This document shows, piece by piece, positions 31,801-46,800 of a stretch of 64,000 nt of DNA (within the stretch, counting starts at the first letter, position 1; every line of letters begins with the position of its first letter). This DNA comes from Bilabrum cf. latius (taxonomy: Eukaryota). The stretch covers positions 310,001 to 374,000 of the forward strand of contig OZ237775.1 in NCBI GenBank assembly GCA_965178125.1, given 5' to 3'. The position numbers and the translations under genes were made by a program. The notes under the pieces are model-generated. The model did not search any database. It was not told where the DNA came from and saw nothing but the letters and a program-made list of their open reading frames with translations.

Positions 31801-34800
31801 CCCAAGAGGGGCAAGCACCGTGGCTGCAAAAGCGTGAAGGCCTTTCCTAGTCAAATTCACAGCCTCCCAGTACTTGTGTTGATCTCTCAGCCCCTTAAAC
31901 AGGAAACTCATGCTGTATTCCTGCCTCTCGAACCACTCCTTCGTGCCTTTCGGTCGGCACTTGACGAAGCACACAACCATGACAGGCACACCTACACTGA
32001 ACAGCATCAGCATTGGCAGGGCATACTGCAGCATCTCCGCAAAGTTCGTGTCGCACTGGTACGTGAGGTCCATGGCGAGACGCAGCTAGCCCTACTGCCT
32101 CGGGATGGTGCCGTACAGCTCGAGGTCAGCCACGGCTTGAGCAGTTCCAAGCCCGTTTGCCGCGTCCAGCAAGTTGATGGCGCTTGTGTTTGTACCCTCT
32201 CGCGCCTCCTCTGCTGCAGACTCACGGGCAGCCGCCAGGGCTTGGAAGCCTGGCCCATCTTCCGGCTGGATGACCCTGCATGACAGCATGCGCAGGGCTG
32301 CTTCCGTGATGGGGGTGTGCACGAAGAAGACCAGGAGCAGCACAGAAAGGCACATGCGGGCCTTCCACAGGTCCCAAATCTGTCCGAGCTGTATCTTGCT
32401 CGTCACACCGACTTCGATCGGGTGACCATCATGCACCTTGCCATGACCCTACGCTTGCTGGCTCTCTACGTCCGTTGAGTCTTCGACCTGCTTCGAATGA
32501 TCCCCCCGTGACTCGTGGCTCTTCTGGAATCTAGAGCCAAACCGGCGCTCCATCTCATCCCACGGCGGCAGATGGGATATGATAGGCGATGTCGTATCAC
32601 TAGGCTCAGTGCGTGCTACCAACCGCCTGCTGCTACCAATTCCACGGGAAGACAGCGCCTGGCGACTGCTTGACCTGGTTAGTCCACCATGTCGACTAGC
32701 AGGTGCGGGTGCTACTGGCGTGCCACGCTGTGGCATCATATTCAGAGCAGAGTTCCCTCCTAGCCCGAGTCCCATTCCTAAGCCATCATCTGCAGTACCA
32801 GCACCCTCACCTACACCTGGTGGGCCCACCAGCTTCGGGCCCATGCTGCCGCCAAACTGCGCTACCTGCATCTTCACATTGCGCTCGCAACCTATGCGGG
32901 CCATGCACGAATCAGGCACGCATCTGCAGCAACATGCGTCTGCCCACCTGTGCTTCTTGTATTCCTCGTCTTTCGGATTCCAGGCCTCCTGTGCCCTGAA
33001 TGCATCCCACGCAGCTCGTTTGGAGGCGCGAGTAGGGTATCTCGACTGATCTCCCTTGATCTGTCCTGCGAGCCTCAGCACGTCTTTCCACTCCTGCGTC
33101 TCAAAGCAGAAGCAGAGAACGTCTTCTATTCGCGGACAGAACCTGTCGCTGGGGCGGATTGGATTCCGCTTGAAGAATGCCAGTATGTACTGTATCGACA
33201 GAGCCGCAATCCACACCACGGCAGCGTATGCAAGCAAACCCAGTGGGAAAGAGTACTGCAAGAGAGTCTTGCCTGTGGGCTCTGTCGCATCGGGCAAGGA
33301 GCATTCCAGTGCCAGTCCGTTCATGGCCGCCGATGATCCAACGCTGGCAGAGGAGAAGAAACTCTGCAGCGTGACTGGCCAATCGATGTCCAGCTGCCCA
33401 ATGATCGCAATGCTCTGCACATGCGTGAAGATGATCTTGGCCGCGACCACTACCTGCTGGGACTCTGCTGTTTGCTAGTCCCAGGCCCGAATCAGGATGA
33501 ACGCAATCAGAAGTGCAACGATCACGCCACCGGTCAGCTTGGTTGCTAGATCGGTGAACGATTGCTCGTCGCCGCTCGGGCATACCGCACATCTGCCGCT
33601 CGCCGTCTTGTAGTATCCCGGGGTGCAACGCTGGCACAGCACGCCGGTGTGTCCCTCAATGCACCTCTCGATCGTTGCAGGATACATGGTCCGCTCCACG
33701 GTCATTGCGTGAGGCCTGTCCAAGACGTGCAGGGCCTCCAGCAGGATGGCATCGCTCTCGGGGGGTCGAAGCATGAATGGGACCATGCTGCCGTTGTCTG
33801 CCCGAGCCATAACGAACGATGGGGGCGGTTCTGTGGATGCAAGTGCCTGCATGTGTCGATGACCAGTGGGCGTAGAGCCGATGAGGCTGTCCGCACGGCC
33901 CATAGTCTGCATTCGTCTTGCATCTGCGGGCAAAGAAGCCTCACCGTCTTCACTTGGCGCATCGGTCGGTGAAAGGCGACCCGTGGTGACGACCTCTGTC
34001 AGCTGGAGCACGAAGTCCTTCCACTGCATGTGCACATCTGCCAGCGACTCATCGCCCCCAGCGGCTTGCAATGCAAACTCCTCCGCAGCAGAGGGCTCGA
34101 GCGAAATCTGTGCCGACTACGTGCGCTGGTCAGCCGTAGCAGCCGCATCAGGAACGCCCAAACAGAACTCCGGATTGTCACACGCGGCAAATCCAGTCCC
34201 GTAATACGACCATGGAAGCCTGTAGAATCCTGACTGAGCCGCGATCCTGTCCGAGGAAAAACCGCCGCACACTGCACCTTCGGGACACGGCATGCACTCC
34301 TGGGACACGGGGAGTGTGGTCGGCAGGAACCGAGAGAACTGGCAGTTGGACTAGACTGGAGCCTGCACATAGGCCCACTCGCTGTATCGGACCTTCGATT
34401 CATCACCATTGGCCAGGTGTTCCGCCCGGACCCGCACGATGTATGGGGTCGGCTCCTGCACGTTGAAGGAGGTCTCCGTCATGAACCACCCTCGCAGGCT
34501 GCCGAGGTCCGAGAGATCCTCGGCGTCCATGGGCTCCCCGCTGTGTCGGTCCACCGCTTGATCCAGCTCGTTAAGTACATTATCTATGGACAGTAAGACA
34601 TCATCGGACTCGTATGTGGCGGGGCTTGCGCCCGCATCCAGCACATCTGCCAGTCGGTCACGCAGCGTAGCCACCGCATCCGATTGAAAACCGTCCTGCA
34701 CCCATGGCACCCTGCTGGAAGGCAGCGGCTCGAGCCTCTGCTGCAGATGTGTAGTCTGCGCGGCAGTACCAAAGTCCTCCATGCGCGGCGCCGCTTCAAT

Positions 34801-37800
34801 GCGGAACCTGCTCGTGGCCAGGAAGTTCAGTGCAGTCTGTCCTGCGATCGCATTGACTGCCAGCTGCTCCAGGTCCGGGTGAGGATAGAGCCACCTGACG
34901 ACGATACGGAGATTGTCACCGACCTCGCGCCAGCTGCGGGGATCTAGCGGAGGCACGGGCGGCGGGAAGTTCTGCGCAATGCCTTTTGGGATTAGACGCG
35001 CGCCCTCAGGTGCATCCATACCGTAGTTTCCAGGTGGCAACAGGTCAGATGACCCTCCGTTTGTCTCATCCGAAATACCAGAAGCCATAGGAGATCCGTC
35101 AGCCGTATACCGTCTAAGGTTCGACACATTCGTGCGAGTCACCACCTCGATACCGACGAAAGGCTGCACAGACCCGGGGTTCTCAGTGACGAAAGTCCAA
35201 AGTGGATGTTCCTCTGGAATGGTACAGGAGAGGCTGGTTTCTCCCAGCCACCAATCAGCCGGGGTCCCATCGCACGGAACGTTCCCAACTAATATTGAAA
35301 CGATGTCTGTGCTGTCCTTGCCGAATCCCACACCGCGGATCGTGATCTTGTCTCTAGGACCTGCCTCCGATGGTGATACCTCGGTAATGGCTGGTGGCGG
35401 CACCAGCTCAACTGCGTTGGATAGATCAGAGGAGAGACCCTAAACCGTAACGAACGAGCCAGACAAAGGCCACTGCCCTCCGATGACACCACGACCATCG
35501 GTGTCAGTTGGGGCGCTTTGCGCTTCTGCAGCGGAGACCCAGTTGAGCCCAGAGCAACGAATCGATCGACCGGACTGTAGAACTTCCACGTCTTTGCATT
35601 GCACGCCGCCCAGCTGCAGAGCCGAAATCTACCCTACCGCTAAAGCCAGTGAGTCGCCATCCAAGATCAGGTCAACGTCAGCGTCGCCTGCCAGCACCCA
35701 TTCCGGCGAAGATGAGTCGAGCTGCGGTCGGCAGTACGACATGGTCAGCGGTCGAGACACAACGCCTGATATCGTCTCAAGTGTCACTTCGACGTCCTTG
35801 CCTGTGCCAGCCGGCATCATGAACTCGATCAGCTCGCTGGATCTGTAAACTGCCGCCGCCTGTCCAGCAGCAATGTACTGAAGGGAATCAGTCGGGGAAG
35901 TGACAGGGAGGCTGACGCTCAGCACGTGGTCCTCCACGCCCATCAGCCTAGAGCCGTTGTTATCTATCAGCCTGCTCACTTCAAATAGCCCGTCGCCTGT
36001 CGCGGTAGCGTTGAAACCGAACTTGCTTGCCTGGCTCGAGAGATCGTATCCCGTGAGAATCACAGCCCTCAAGTCGTCCGCACTGTTTCCAAATCCCAAG
36101 CCCTGGAGCTGGATGCTGGCATCGCCTCCAGTTCCAAGTGTGTTGGGGCAATCGTCATACGAGATGGATGTGAGGCGAGGAGGCGCTTCCAGATCCACAT
36201 CACTGAACTCAACGGACAGACCCGCAACTGTGACCTCCAGCACGCTGCTGCGCCATGCCACGAGCTGGGTGAGGTCGTTCAAATCCCAGCTGTACTGTAA
36301 GCACACAACACACATAAACACTTCAGAATTCGATGCAGCCGAGAGTTGTGCAAGTGTACCAGGAGAAACGAGCAGCAGCTGCTCAGCGTCCTCGACAGAT
36401 ACCTAGTCAAGCGAACTACACTCCACCCCGCCGAACTCCACCTTCGTCGCAACAAGAACATCCGTACCAAAGCTGCTTCCACATACTGCCCTGGGTCTGG
36501 TCTCGCCATACATCAAGTGTCTTGGATATGCAAAATCGATCTTGGGCGGCTCGTACGACATCGATCCTATGGCTAGCGTGCCTGTTCTCATAACTACCAG
36601 GACAGGTGTGTCGCTTCCCGCTCCTGGCGGCACATCGACCGCAAGCTCTGACGCAGATACCCATTGCACCGGACTCGATGCCTGCGATGATACCGAACCG
36701 ACTGTGGAACTGTCTTGGTACGCCAACGCCATGGGTAGCGTGCGTCCACCAACCTCTGTCTCATTCATCACACTCGTCACAGCCAATGCAAGCGAACACG
36801 ATTGGCCCACCACATCAGGTGCTGGGCTGGAGCTCGGAGTTGCAGTCGGTGTTGGAGTCATCGATGGTATTGGCGATGGGGACATGCTGGGTGTCGCTGA
36901 TGCCGATGCGTTCGGGCTTGCTGCAGGGGTTGACCCTGAGGCACTACTCGGGCTGGCCGATACAGATGCGTTGGACGGCAGCTCTGACGAATTTGCAGGA
37001 CTGGCTGACGATGACGGAGACACTGGAGGTGAAGGGCTGGGGCTGACAGTTGCTACACTCCCATTGGTTGAGGTCTAGTTTGCAGGCGAGGCTGATGGTA
37101 TCGCAGTTGCGCTGGAACTGGAACTAGGCGTCGGGCTCGGACTCGGGCTTGTTGTAGTTGCGTTTGTTCCATTTGTGGAAGCATTGCCTGCATGGCCATC
37201 GAATCCTGTGCTGGTGTCATCATCGGTGCCATTTGAGTCGCTCGCGCGCCTGTGCCATCCGGAAGGCTGGGCCTCCAGCCGACGCGTCCCATTTCCGCTG
37301 GTAGCGTTGCCTGCCTGTGCGGTAGGAGTCGCAGTGCTTGATGGAACGGGAGACGGCGACGCTGACTGAGATACATTGCCCGTCCCATTGGATGCCATAG
37401 CCGAGGGCGACGCGCTTGCAGAGCTATTGGACAGCGAGGGCGACGGCGAAGAGGAGACGCTCACTGACGGACTCGGAGTCGAAGTCACATTAGCTGTGGG
37501 CGATACCATCGATGAATTCGTGCTCTCGGGGGTAGCCGTAGGGCTCGGCGTGGTGCTCACATTGCCGAATACCCCGTCGTCGTCATCCGAAGCCAGCGGT
37601 GAGCTCGTGGCATTGGTGGGCGGCTGCACCGGCGTTGTGGACGGAGAAGGCAGCGCGCTGCTCGATGGTGTGGGCGCGACTCCTCCGTTCATGTAGCTGT
37701 CAAAGCATGCGAGCTGCCGAACATCCGGATCGCCAAAATCCTGCTCGGCCTCCAGCATCGATGTGGACCAAGGACCGAACACAACTGCCACAACATCCCG

Positions 37801-40800
37801 CGCGTCCAGCCCAAAGCCACGACCCCGGATGATGGCTTTGCCAGCACCACTCGTGTCGAAATCAATCGACCGGGCTGTCTCAGGCACAATCTGGTCGATG
37901 GTGGGCACCGGCTGCAAATCCATGGCCGTGGTGCTGGTGCCTGACTGGCCGCCGATGACCACTTCGATCTCCTGGGTCGGCCACTCGTCACCTGCCTCCT
38001 TCCACTCCAAGGCGCCACCTGCCAGCTCAGTGGAGTAGTTGCTTGACAGGCCAATACACGTGATGAATCGCCCGTCCAGTACCGGGACGTCCGCATCGAT
38101 GGCCGCCTACTCTCCAGCGAATCGCCTCACAGTGTCCAGGTCTGCTCCTTGTTGCACCTGCACGCACAGCAACCCGCCGATAGCAATGGAATCAATGTGG
38201 CTGTCTCTGAAGCCAAACTGCTCTCCTTCTATCACGATCGTTGCGTTGAAGTCCCTCGCAATCACGGTGTCAGGGTAGGTACGCAGGATAAGAGGCCTTG
38301 CATAGCCGATCCTGCTGTTTGAGTTGACCTCTGTCGTGATCTTTGTCCTCATGCCAAGCACCACAGGCTGTGCGGCGCCCACACCTCTAGGAATCATCAC
38401 CGCAAGGTTGTTGGAAGACTCCCACTATATCAATGGACCGTCCTGGTTGTTAAGCTGCTACACGCTGGCCGTCGATGCCATCGCGGGGGGATCTGCATTT
38501 GGGAACAGTGGCGGCAAGAACTCAGGGTCACTGCTAGTTGAATTCTGCCTCCAGTACTAGACGGTGCCATCGGCGTAAACCATGCGATTATGGTACACGG
38601 TAATCGCATCATCTCCTTCCCCGAATAGTGCATATTCCACGTCACCATCGTAGAGCCTGTCGGGTCCACGCTCCCCAGGCTACCTGTCTTCCGTACCGTA
38701 GCCCAACCCTGCGATGCGGCAGAATAGCCCGCCGCTCGTTGGAACCTATCCTTGATCGCTCGGTTCAATACCGTACTGCCGTGGATAGCTGGCGTCGACT
38801 GCGGTTGTGACCGCCAGCACGAGTGGAAGCGGCTGGGGTCTCAGGAAGTCCCTGGCCTGGGTGATAGACTCAGTCCCGCCCGCGGAGATTTCGTAGTACA
38901 CGCTGTCGGAGGGCCACTCGGGAGGGGCCGTGATGACGCAATCCAGCCGCTTTTGCTGCTCCGGGAATGCTCGAGGATTGTCGCATCGCTAGTCACCGAT
39001 GATCACGGCGTCCACCGAAACGTCCTAGTCAGCGATGCCCTCGCCAAACACGCTAAAGGTGTACTCGATTGTGCCATCCTTGGCAGGTAGGACCTGGGAT
39101 GGAACAACACTAAGGACATACACTTGCAAATACCCCACAGCGTACGCCTTCGTTCGGCTACCATCCACCATGACATAGACCTGGCCGGCATTGGACGAAT
39201 ACTCAGCTGTTTCTGCTGCCCAGTACACGCACCGACTGCTGGCATCCCCGCACAGGTTGACTCGATCTTCAGGCGCCTGTAAAGCGGGTGGGACAGATTC
39301 GTCCCATTCACCGATCACAAGCGGGAAGAATCCGTATATCTCGCTTGCCGTGCCACTGGTTCGCATCAGTGTATTGCGAAGGAATACCTGCTCCATGTCC
39401 CCCTGGTACCGGGTGTACTGCACGTATTGAATGTGCACACTCGTGCTCGCAATCCACTTTGGTGGCAGTTGCGACACAGCCGCGGCAATGACCTGTCCAC
39501 CCTTCGGCTCTAGTTTCAAGCGGTCCACCTGCTTGGGCAAGTCCAGTCCATCCGAGTCAGAATCAATCCACTGCAGCGTGGGCTGCGTGTATGAAATGGT
39601 TGGTCTGTACTCTGGTTGTAACGGAGACAGTACTTGGTGCATGTACACAAACCCAGAGTACTGCGCAGCAAGCGCTGACTAATGGGAGCTACGGTTGACT
39701 GCATGTAAACCTGCAACCCCAACAGCCGCAAGCACAGCGTCAGGGTACAAACTGTCAGCACCCAGCCCCAATTGGCTGACTGCATCTACAACGAACGTGT
39801 CGCCAAGGTCAACTGAGAGTGGCTTAGATAGGGGCTACCGGTGTTGTGGGGGCTGAAGCATACCAACAGTATCGGACAGCATGGCCGTGTCTGTTCGTGA
39901 TCGCTGCACTGATGCCTAAGCTGCTAGCATGAGCTGCATACCAGCGCCGTAGAATGACGATAACTTCATCGAGGCCCCCACCGGTATCCATTCGGCGCAC
40001 ACGGCGGACAGCGTGGGAAGATCACACGTTATCGAGTCCGTGCGGCCCGCTTCAGCCTCCTCATAGAGGTGCTTGCAGTCCACATCAAGGGGTGGATATC
40101 CGTTCGGACCCACAGATGGATTTGCAGCCGACCACATTCTCGGCTGGTTGCCAACTACAAGTTGGGTGCTGCACTGCGTACCAGAGCTTGCGGTGTAAAC
40201 ATCATTTCCGAATCCTGAAGGAAAACTTCCTGTCCTTGACGTGAAACCGAGGATGAAGTATTGCTTCGTCAATGCGTTATACCTCACTGCTGTTGTAAAG
40301 TAGGTGCTGTTGTACCTGTTAGCCTGACATGACGCCGAGCCATCCGGTCGCTTGACACTCGCTCTCACCCCTGTGGCTCCAACTGGTCTGGAAACCCCAC
40401 TCACAGGCAGGTTAGAATCGTCCTCCCAGAACTCGCACGTATAGTCCATCACGTCAGAAGTGGTGTTGGTCAACCAGCGGTACTCACTAAGTATGAGCCT
40501 GCAGCTGACCAGAGAGCGGGGCTTTTTCTGACCGAAAGGATGCTGCACGACAGAAAATTCGCCCGCTGCAGTAGCCAGCCTAGCTGCCCGATCTCTGCAT
40601 GCCTTGAGTGGTACAAGTCGACGGACCCGCCCAAAGTGCACATCGATGGGAATTGCAGATGTGTCCGCTTCAGTTGCCAGCCGAAAGTGCCTCGTGTCTG
40701 CCATGACTGCGTCCAGTGCAGATACAGTCCCGAGCTACTGGGTCCAGTCCGCGGCTGACTGCGCCTGCAGCGTCCTTGTATTTCGGAACATCGATGCAGC

Positions 40801-43800
40801 CTTCGAGAGTGAACTTGATTCACCAAGCTCTGCTGGAAGTGCAACAGTACCAGGGTCTAGTGCTTCCCACTACTGCGTAGCGTTGAACGCCAGAGTGGCA
40901 TTGACCGCAGTTGGCGAGGCCCCAGCACCAGAAGCTGTGAGGTACATGGGTACTGTAGCCAGAGAGCCCAGCGAGGGGCCTCTCATGCCAGCACTGCCAG
41001 CCAATGCAGGCGTTATAGATGAGTCTAGCGTGGCTGACCCGTTGGCGGTTCCCTGTCGCAGAAGTATGGCACCAGCTTGCAGAGCCCCATCGACCAGTGG
41101 GTCCCCGCTGGTCGAGTTGGAACCGATGGCAGGTAGGACACCAGCCATGCTCTCTGCCACACCCATTGCAAGTAGCGCAAGCGGTGCCCCTCCGTCGAGC
41201 TGAATCGTCTCTCCTCCACTGTAGTCCAGAGGCACTCGCTGGCTGGGGTTACGACCGAGAGAGAAAACCTCTGTAGCTAGGCGCGTCGAGATTGGAGGTA
41301 TGACCACTCGCCATGAGTTGGGCTGTGCAATCGTCACTGCAAGCCTTCGCACTGCCTGGCCTGGCTCACTGCCGGGGCCTTCGGCTGGCTTTGAAATGAG
41401 CTCCACTTCGGTCGTTAGAGGGGGCCTGGCCTTGGCACGCCGACCAGTCTCCGACGCATGCATCATCGGTCCTGATCGCACGGTAAGGGAGGGTGGGGAA
41501 AGGCCAATCTCGTCGTTCGGACCAAAAGGATGACTCATGTTCACCAAAGCCGGGAACACACCGGTGCCATTATCGATGCTCAACGTTGAATTAATCCTTT
41601 CGCCTGTCCACCACATCGACTGCAGCGAACTGGTTGCTTCGATGCCACCAATAGACACGTGAGGTACTGCCAGTGCACTCTAGAGCCAAGTATACTGCAG
41701 TGACCGGGGTGACACTGGATCAGGTAGGTGGGAGGTAGGGAAAGAAAGTGCGCTGTCCTAATTCGTTGCGCTCCCTACACTACGAAGTACCAGTCCTGCA
41801 GTGTAGTTAGCCGCGTCCAAAACCGAATACAAGAGCTGCTTTGCTACCTGAACGGATACTCCAGAGGAAGCCCAAAGCGCCCGCTGAGCTGGACTACAGG
41901 CACCCACTGAGTCAGTCCAGTTCTAGTGCGTCTGAACAAGGCACCTGAGTTCCGCGATGCCACCGTCGGAGTCCATGGCTGGACCTGCAATTGCTGCCGA
42001 TGGCGCCAGCCCTATGCCGCTCAGCCTCAGGTTGGATCCCCCCGCTGCATTCACGTGAGTCAGCCCGTCCCAGTTGCTGCCTCGTGGGACAATCTCTGCC
42101 TCAAGCTCGGTAGGGTAGGAAAATATGCTTGCGTTCGAAATTACTTCAGATGCAAATCCGTGGTAAGAACCGACCGATACTGTATACCCGCCAAGTGATC
42201 GTCCGTACGCCTGGTGCATACCCGACGGTAGCCACATCGCACCTTCAGTCTTTCCGTAGTGAAGGCTACCCAGCGAGCAATTCGGTTGCGCACTCGCGGC
42301 AACTACTTGTGTATCTCCTTCCGGTGCGAACTGCGAATTTCTATCCGCAGGTAGAGTTGTGCCTTGACGAATTGCTGCTAAGGCTCGCACTGCAGCTGTG
42401 ATTGGCTTATCCATACCGATGATCCTGTCGAGCGGAGCAGAACCTACCAATGCGGCATCATAGCATGCTATAGTTGCATTGGATCTAGTGGATGATACAG
42501 TCGGAGGCTGTCCAGATCCAACAGCTTCAGATACGCTCAGAAGATTGATTGAGTCGCAAAGCATGGTTCCAGCACCATCCAGGAGAGCTGTTGCAGCTTC
42601 AGGTGTAAGCCAATCCACGGACACTGGCATGGACCTGCTGATAGGTACTGCATCCATGTAGGCATAGATTCCAGTGATGCACTGCATGCCGTTAACGATT
42701 GGCTCCAAAGGCGCACATAGATCAGCGCCTGCCTGGGTAACTCGGTGCTCCACTGCGATAGGCTTAATTGGCACTCCACCGATGCTCGCCACGAGGACCA
42801 ATCCATCAAATGCAGTTATTGGAGAGCTGGTACTGTTGGAGCTCTGGACTACTGCGTTGCTTTGCACACTCACAGTGCCGATGTTAGCTCCCGTGCCCAC
42901 AGGCAGTGTGGTACCGTGGCTATGAGAGGCACTTCCTGATTCAGTGCCTACTCCAGCTGAGCGAACCACAGCAGGCTGCGCTAGTTCTGCCAGAAGCACA
43001 GGTGAATCGCGATTTGCTGTAAGCATGAGCATGGTCTCCATTCGAGCTGGCAACGACAGCTGCTCAGTTGTCCGATGGATCCCAGCCTCGCTGCCGATCC
43101 ACCTCCTAGTCTCAAGCACAAAGTCGAGGCGGCCCTCCGGCCCAACAGACCGCTCGCCCCGTGTAGGTCCGTTGCGTCTCGTCCAGATGGACACTGCTGA
43201 GATTGATCGGGTCGGCGCAGCTCCAATGGCGAGGCCCAGTGGCTTGCTCATGGACTTGGCCCCCACGATGTCAGTCACGGCTGGACTGGAAGCAGCAAGG
43301 ATGTCACCCTTCGAAGCAAACGGTGCCAGGGGATCAGGTGGAACTCCCCATGCAACCATTGGAATGTCTCTTGTCACAAGGATATCAGCTTCGATGCCCC
43401 GGCTCCCCCCGCTGGAATCATAAAGCTCGCTGGCAGTGCTTGGAGCCTCCAGACCATCACATGACAGCCTCATCATAATTCCGCTAGCTGGCCTATACTC
43501 TCCAAACGGACGCCACGGCACAGATGATATGTATGTGACAGACACGCAATGCATCCCGTAGACTCTGGCACGGAGCGGCAACAACCTGGTGTCATTCACT
43601 CGCACGGCAGGTTCCAGCATGCCATCCACTGTAAGGCTGCTACGTGTACGCAGAATGACTTCCAGCACAACTGGCGAAGGTGCGTTCTAGGAGCTACTAG
43701 TGGAACTCCGTGTCGAGCTGCCAATGCTGAGGGAGGCAGTGGAGAGAGTTGGGTCAGCCATACCGGATCGCATCCACGCGCCACCCGCCTGTTGCGTGCC

Positions 43801-46800
43801 GAGGTCCTGCTCAGGTGCTACAGCAACAGAGTGCAAGCCGGCATGATCTAACTGCCGAGCATACGGCCCTACGGACGTCACGTGTTGTGCTCCTACTGCA
43901 AGTCCCGTGCCGTGGCGGATGCCCTCCGAGGCACCCGACACAACGGCAACAACGTCCAGCTCCGTGGTTGGCATTGAAACGTGCGGACTGGTAGCACCAG
44001 CTCCCGTTGGCAAGTACGTAGCCATGCCAACGACTCTCGAGGCAAGCACGTTCTCACGCGTGCTTGAGCTGTTCGCTAGCTTCACACCATGCACTGCCAT
44101 ACTGGACAGCAGTGGTTGCTCCGGGGCCGCATCTGGGCTCGCCGCGATTGCCTAGTCCACTGCCCGCTGCACCTGCTCATGAAGACCGTGCAGCTGGCCA
44201 CCGTAGACGACTTCAGCCTTTTCTACTGATCGAACATGCAGTACATGCACAGCGCCGTGCACCTGCCGCCTCGTCGTACCGAAGCTGACACTCTCTCGGG
44301 GTACGGTTGCAACCTGGCCCGCGGCCGACACGGCCACAGCCAAGCTGCCGTCCCCGCGCAAATCACCAAGCGGGACTATGTTTGAGCCAAATCCCAAGTC
44401 AATGTCAGGTTCATCGCACTGTACCAGCACTGATACTACTCGCTGCGACTGTGTCCCTTGGAGTGGCGGTGGGGTCGGTGCAGTTGGGACAGGCCCGACC
44501 CTGACCACTCCTCCGGGCAGCACCGTGGCCTGAAGCGGCGGCATGCTTCCTTCAGGGTAGTAGATTCGCTCCTGTTCCGTGTGGTCGACCCAGGAGTAGT
44601 TTCCAGGGGGTGATTCCACAACCTTCTTCAGTTGCAGCGTAACCCTGTCGCTCGGGTTGGTGAGGTAGGACTTGCCCCGCCAGTGCCTGTCCAGCTCCAT
44701 ATTCAGAAGGTAGTCCATGCACTCCTTCTTTGGCTATGGAAGGCCAGTTGGATCTGCATTGGATGGATTGAATCCTAACGAGTGCAAGTCGAGGCACGTT
44801 GACGGGTTCCCAACGCAGTGCATGGCAGGTGCGACCGAGACAACACGGAAGGCAAGCACCTCTGGCATGGGGCCAGACAGCGATCCCGGTTCGTCCCTTG
44901 AGTACAGCATAGAGGCGTCAAGTCCTCTGCTCCGCTTATTGTACATGTAGGCCCTTAAATTCCCAAGCCATGCCAGAACAACTGCACCCTCTCTCCTCTT
45001 CCCTGCAGCTGGTGCGCCAATCGCAACAAGCAAGCCGTGGGATCTCTTCAGTCCAGCACTTGCAAGCCTGTCTCCGGCCATGATAGACGTGCTGTTGCAT
45101 GATACCATTGAAACTGCATCTACACTCGAAGAACAACACTGCACTGTGCGAGCGTATGTTGAGTTGTCTACGTGATTCTCCGTTCCTAGGATCGACGGTG
45201 GGAGGCGAGACTCGCCCAGCAATGCCACCGAAGCTCCAAAGTAGGAATACCTAACAAACACATCCGATAGAGATACGCTTCCAGCCGACGATGCCACCAG
45301 CAAGGTGTCAAGGCTTGCCAGACCGGGCCCAGCAGCACCCCGCAGAGTACCTCCATCGAGTGGAGCGAGTAGGACGGTAGGAGGAGAGGCAGACACAACG
45401 TACCTTGCCTCGAGGTCCGCGGGAGATATTCCGGGGATCTCCTTTCCTTGCAGGTGCTGGGCATCAACCATAACTCGATTGCCCTCTTGGTCGAGTGCCA
45501 TGGGCCTGTCGAGCAGATCAATGGTGTAGTCCACGATGCCTACGGCACCTCGCCTGCCGCTGTGCGCCCATGCCCTTGGGGCACCTACTAGGAATCGTGA
45601 CGAGTGCACTCGGATAGGGGGCGGCCGAATCAGACTCACTAGCAGGCCCTCAGCCAGACGCACTCGCTTGATCTGCTCGCTGCTCGCGTTTGTGGCAACG
45701 GTCGGGTGCATCCCGGATGCAGGCGCGTGGCTGGCACCGCTCAGACCGGGAGGCAGCTTTGCGAATGAGGCCCCGAAAAGGTCCCCAGGCCCCCATTCAA
45801 TCGACCTGATTGATGGGTTCCTCCGTGTTGTCACCTGTTGCATGGCACTCGAGTTCATCGGAACCGATGCATTCAGTATCGTGCCATCGGGTAGGAGCGG
45901 CTTGCCAAATGGGACAACTGTAGCCAGCAGCACGTTGCCTTGGTCGGCATTCGCAGCATCGGAAAATCGGGGCACAGCCTCGATAGTGATGCAGCCAGCC
46001 GTCCTTGCAGCAGTCGTGTTCCAGTCCCGCTCGTTCATTCCCGTCTGGGTGCGAAGCGGATCACCAACCGTAATGGTGTTGCCGTGGTGCCTTCGCTCGA
46101 ACGCAGGCTTGTGCGCCTCGCAGCCCATCCCTGTGGGGTTGCGCTGGATCGATACGGTCCAGTCGACCATTGGAGCCGGTTCATCATTCATCTGCATGCT
46201 GTTCAAGTCAACCAAAGGACCGCGAAATGCTGCTACTGGCTCTGCAGCGGTTGCAACCGACCCACGTCGAGCTCCTCTGGGGTGCGACGGGGCAACCTCG
46301 AGCGGCACTGGGCTCGATGAACCACTATGGTTTGTGTGCTCCTCCGAATCAGCATCAAGGCGCAGCGTAGCTGTAGCCGGCATCATGCAGTGTCCAGTCG
46401 TATGTGCCGGGCTGTCTGTTCCACTCAAGAACTCCGGGCTCCACAGTGCGTCCGCAACAGCAGCAGCCGCGGACACGATGCGCACTTCCTGTCCAGAAAC
46501 CGGCACGTGCACCCGCAAAGAATCGACATTTTCTGACAGTGATATGTCACATCCAAACTCTGCAAGCCATAGTTGGTTCAACCCAGGAACCTGGCTCCAC
46601 GGGACTTGAAAACCTACCGAGGATGAGCTCCACGCTTCGTCTATTGTGGGACCCGTGTAGGCGGTTGCTGGCCCCCATGTTAGGAGCTTGCAGCCTGATA
46701 CATCCACAGGGGCAACTGCGGAGCGCTTGTTTTGGCTGATAGATCGATAGGCCATACGGATTCCAACGAAACGCCGTGGTTCGTACAGTGCTGATCCGGA

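Noticed and set aside
8613-33540. Functional link between the GRK-like kinase and the giant multi-TM receptor
   Set aside because: They are separated by six unrelated housekeeping genes, proximity in a eukaryote is not evidence, and the TM block is not shown to be a GPCR.
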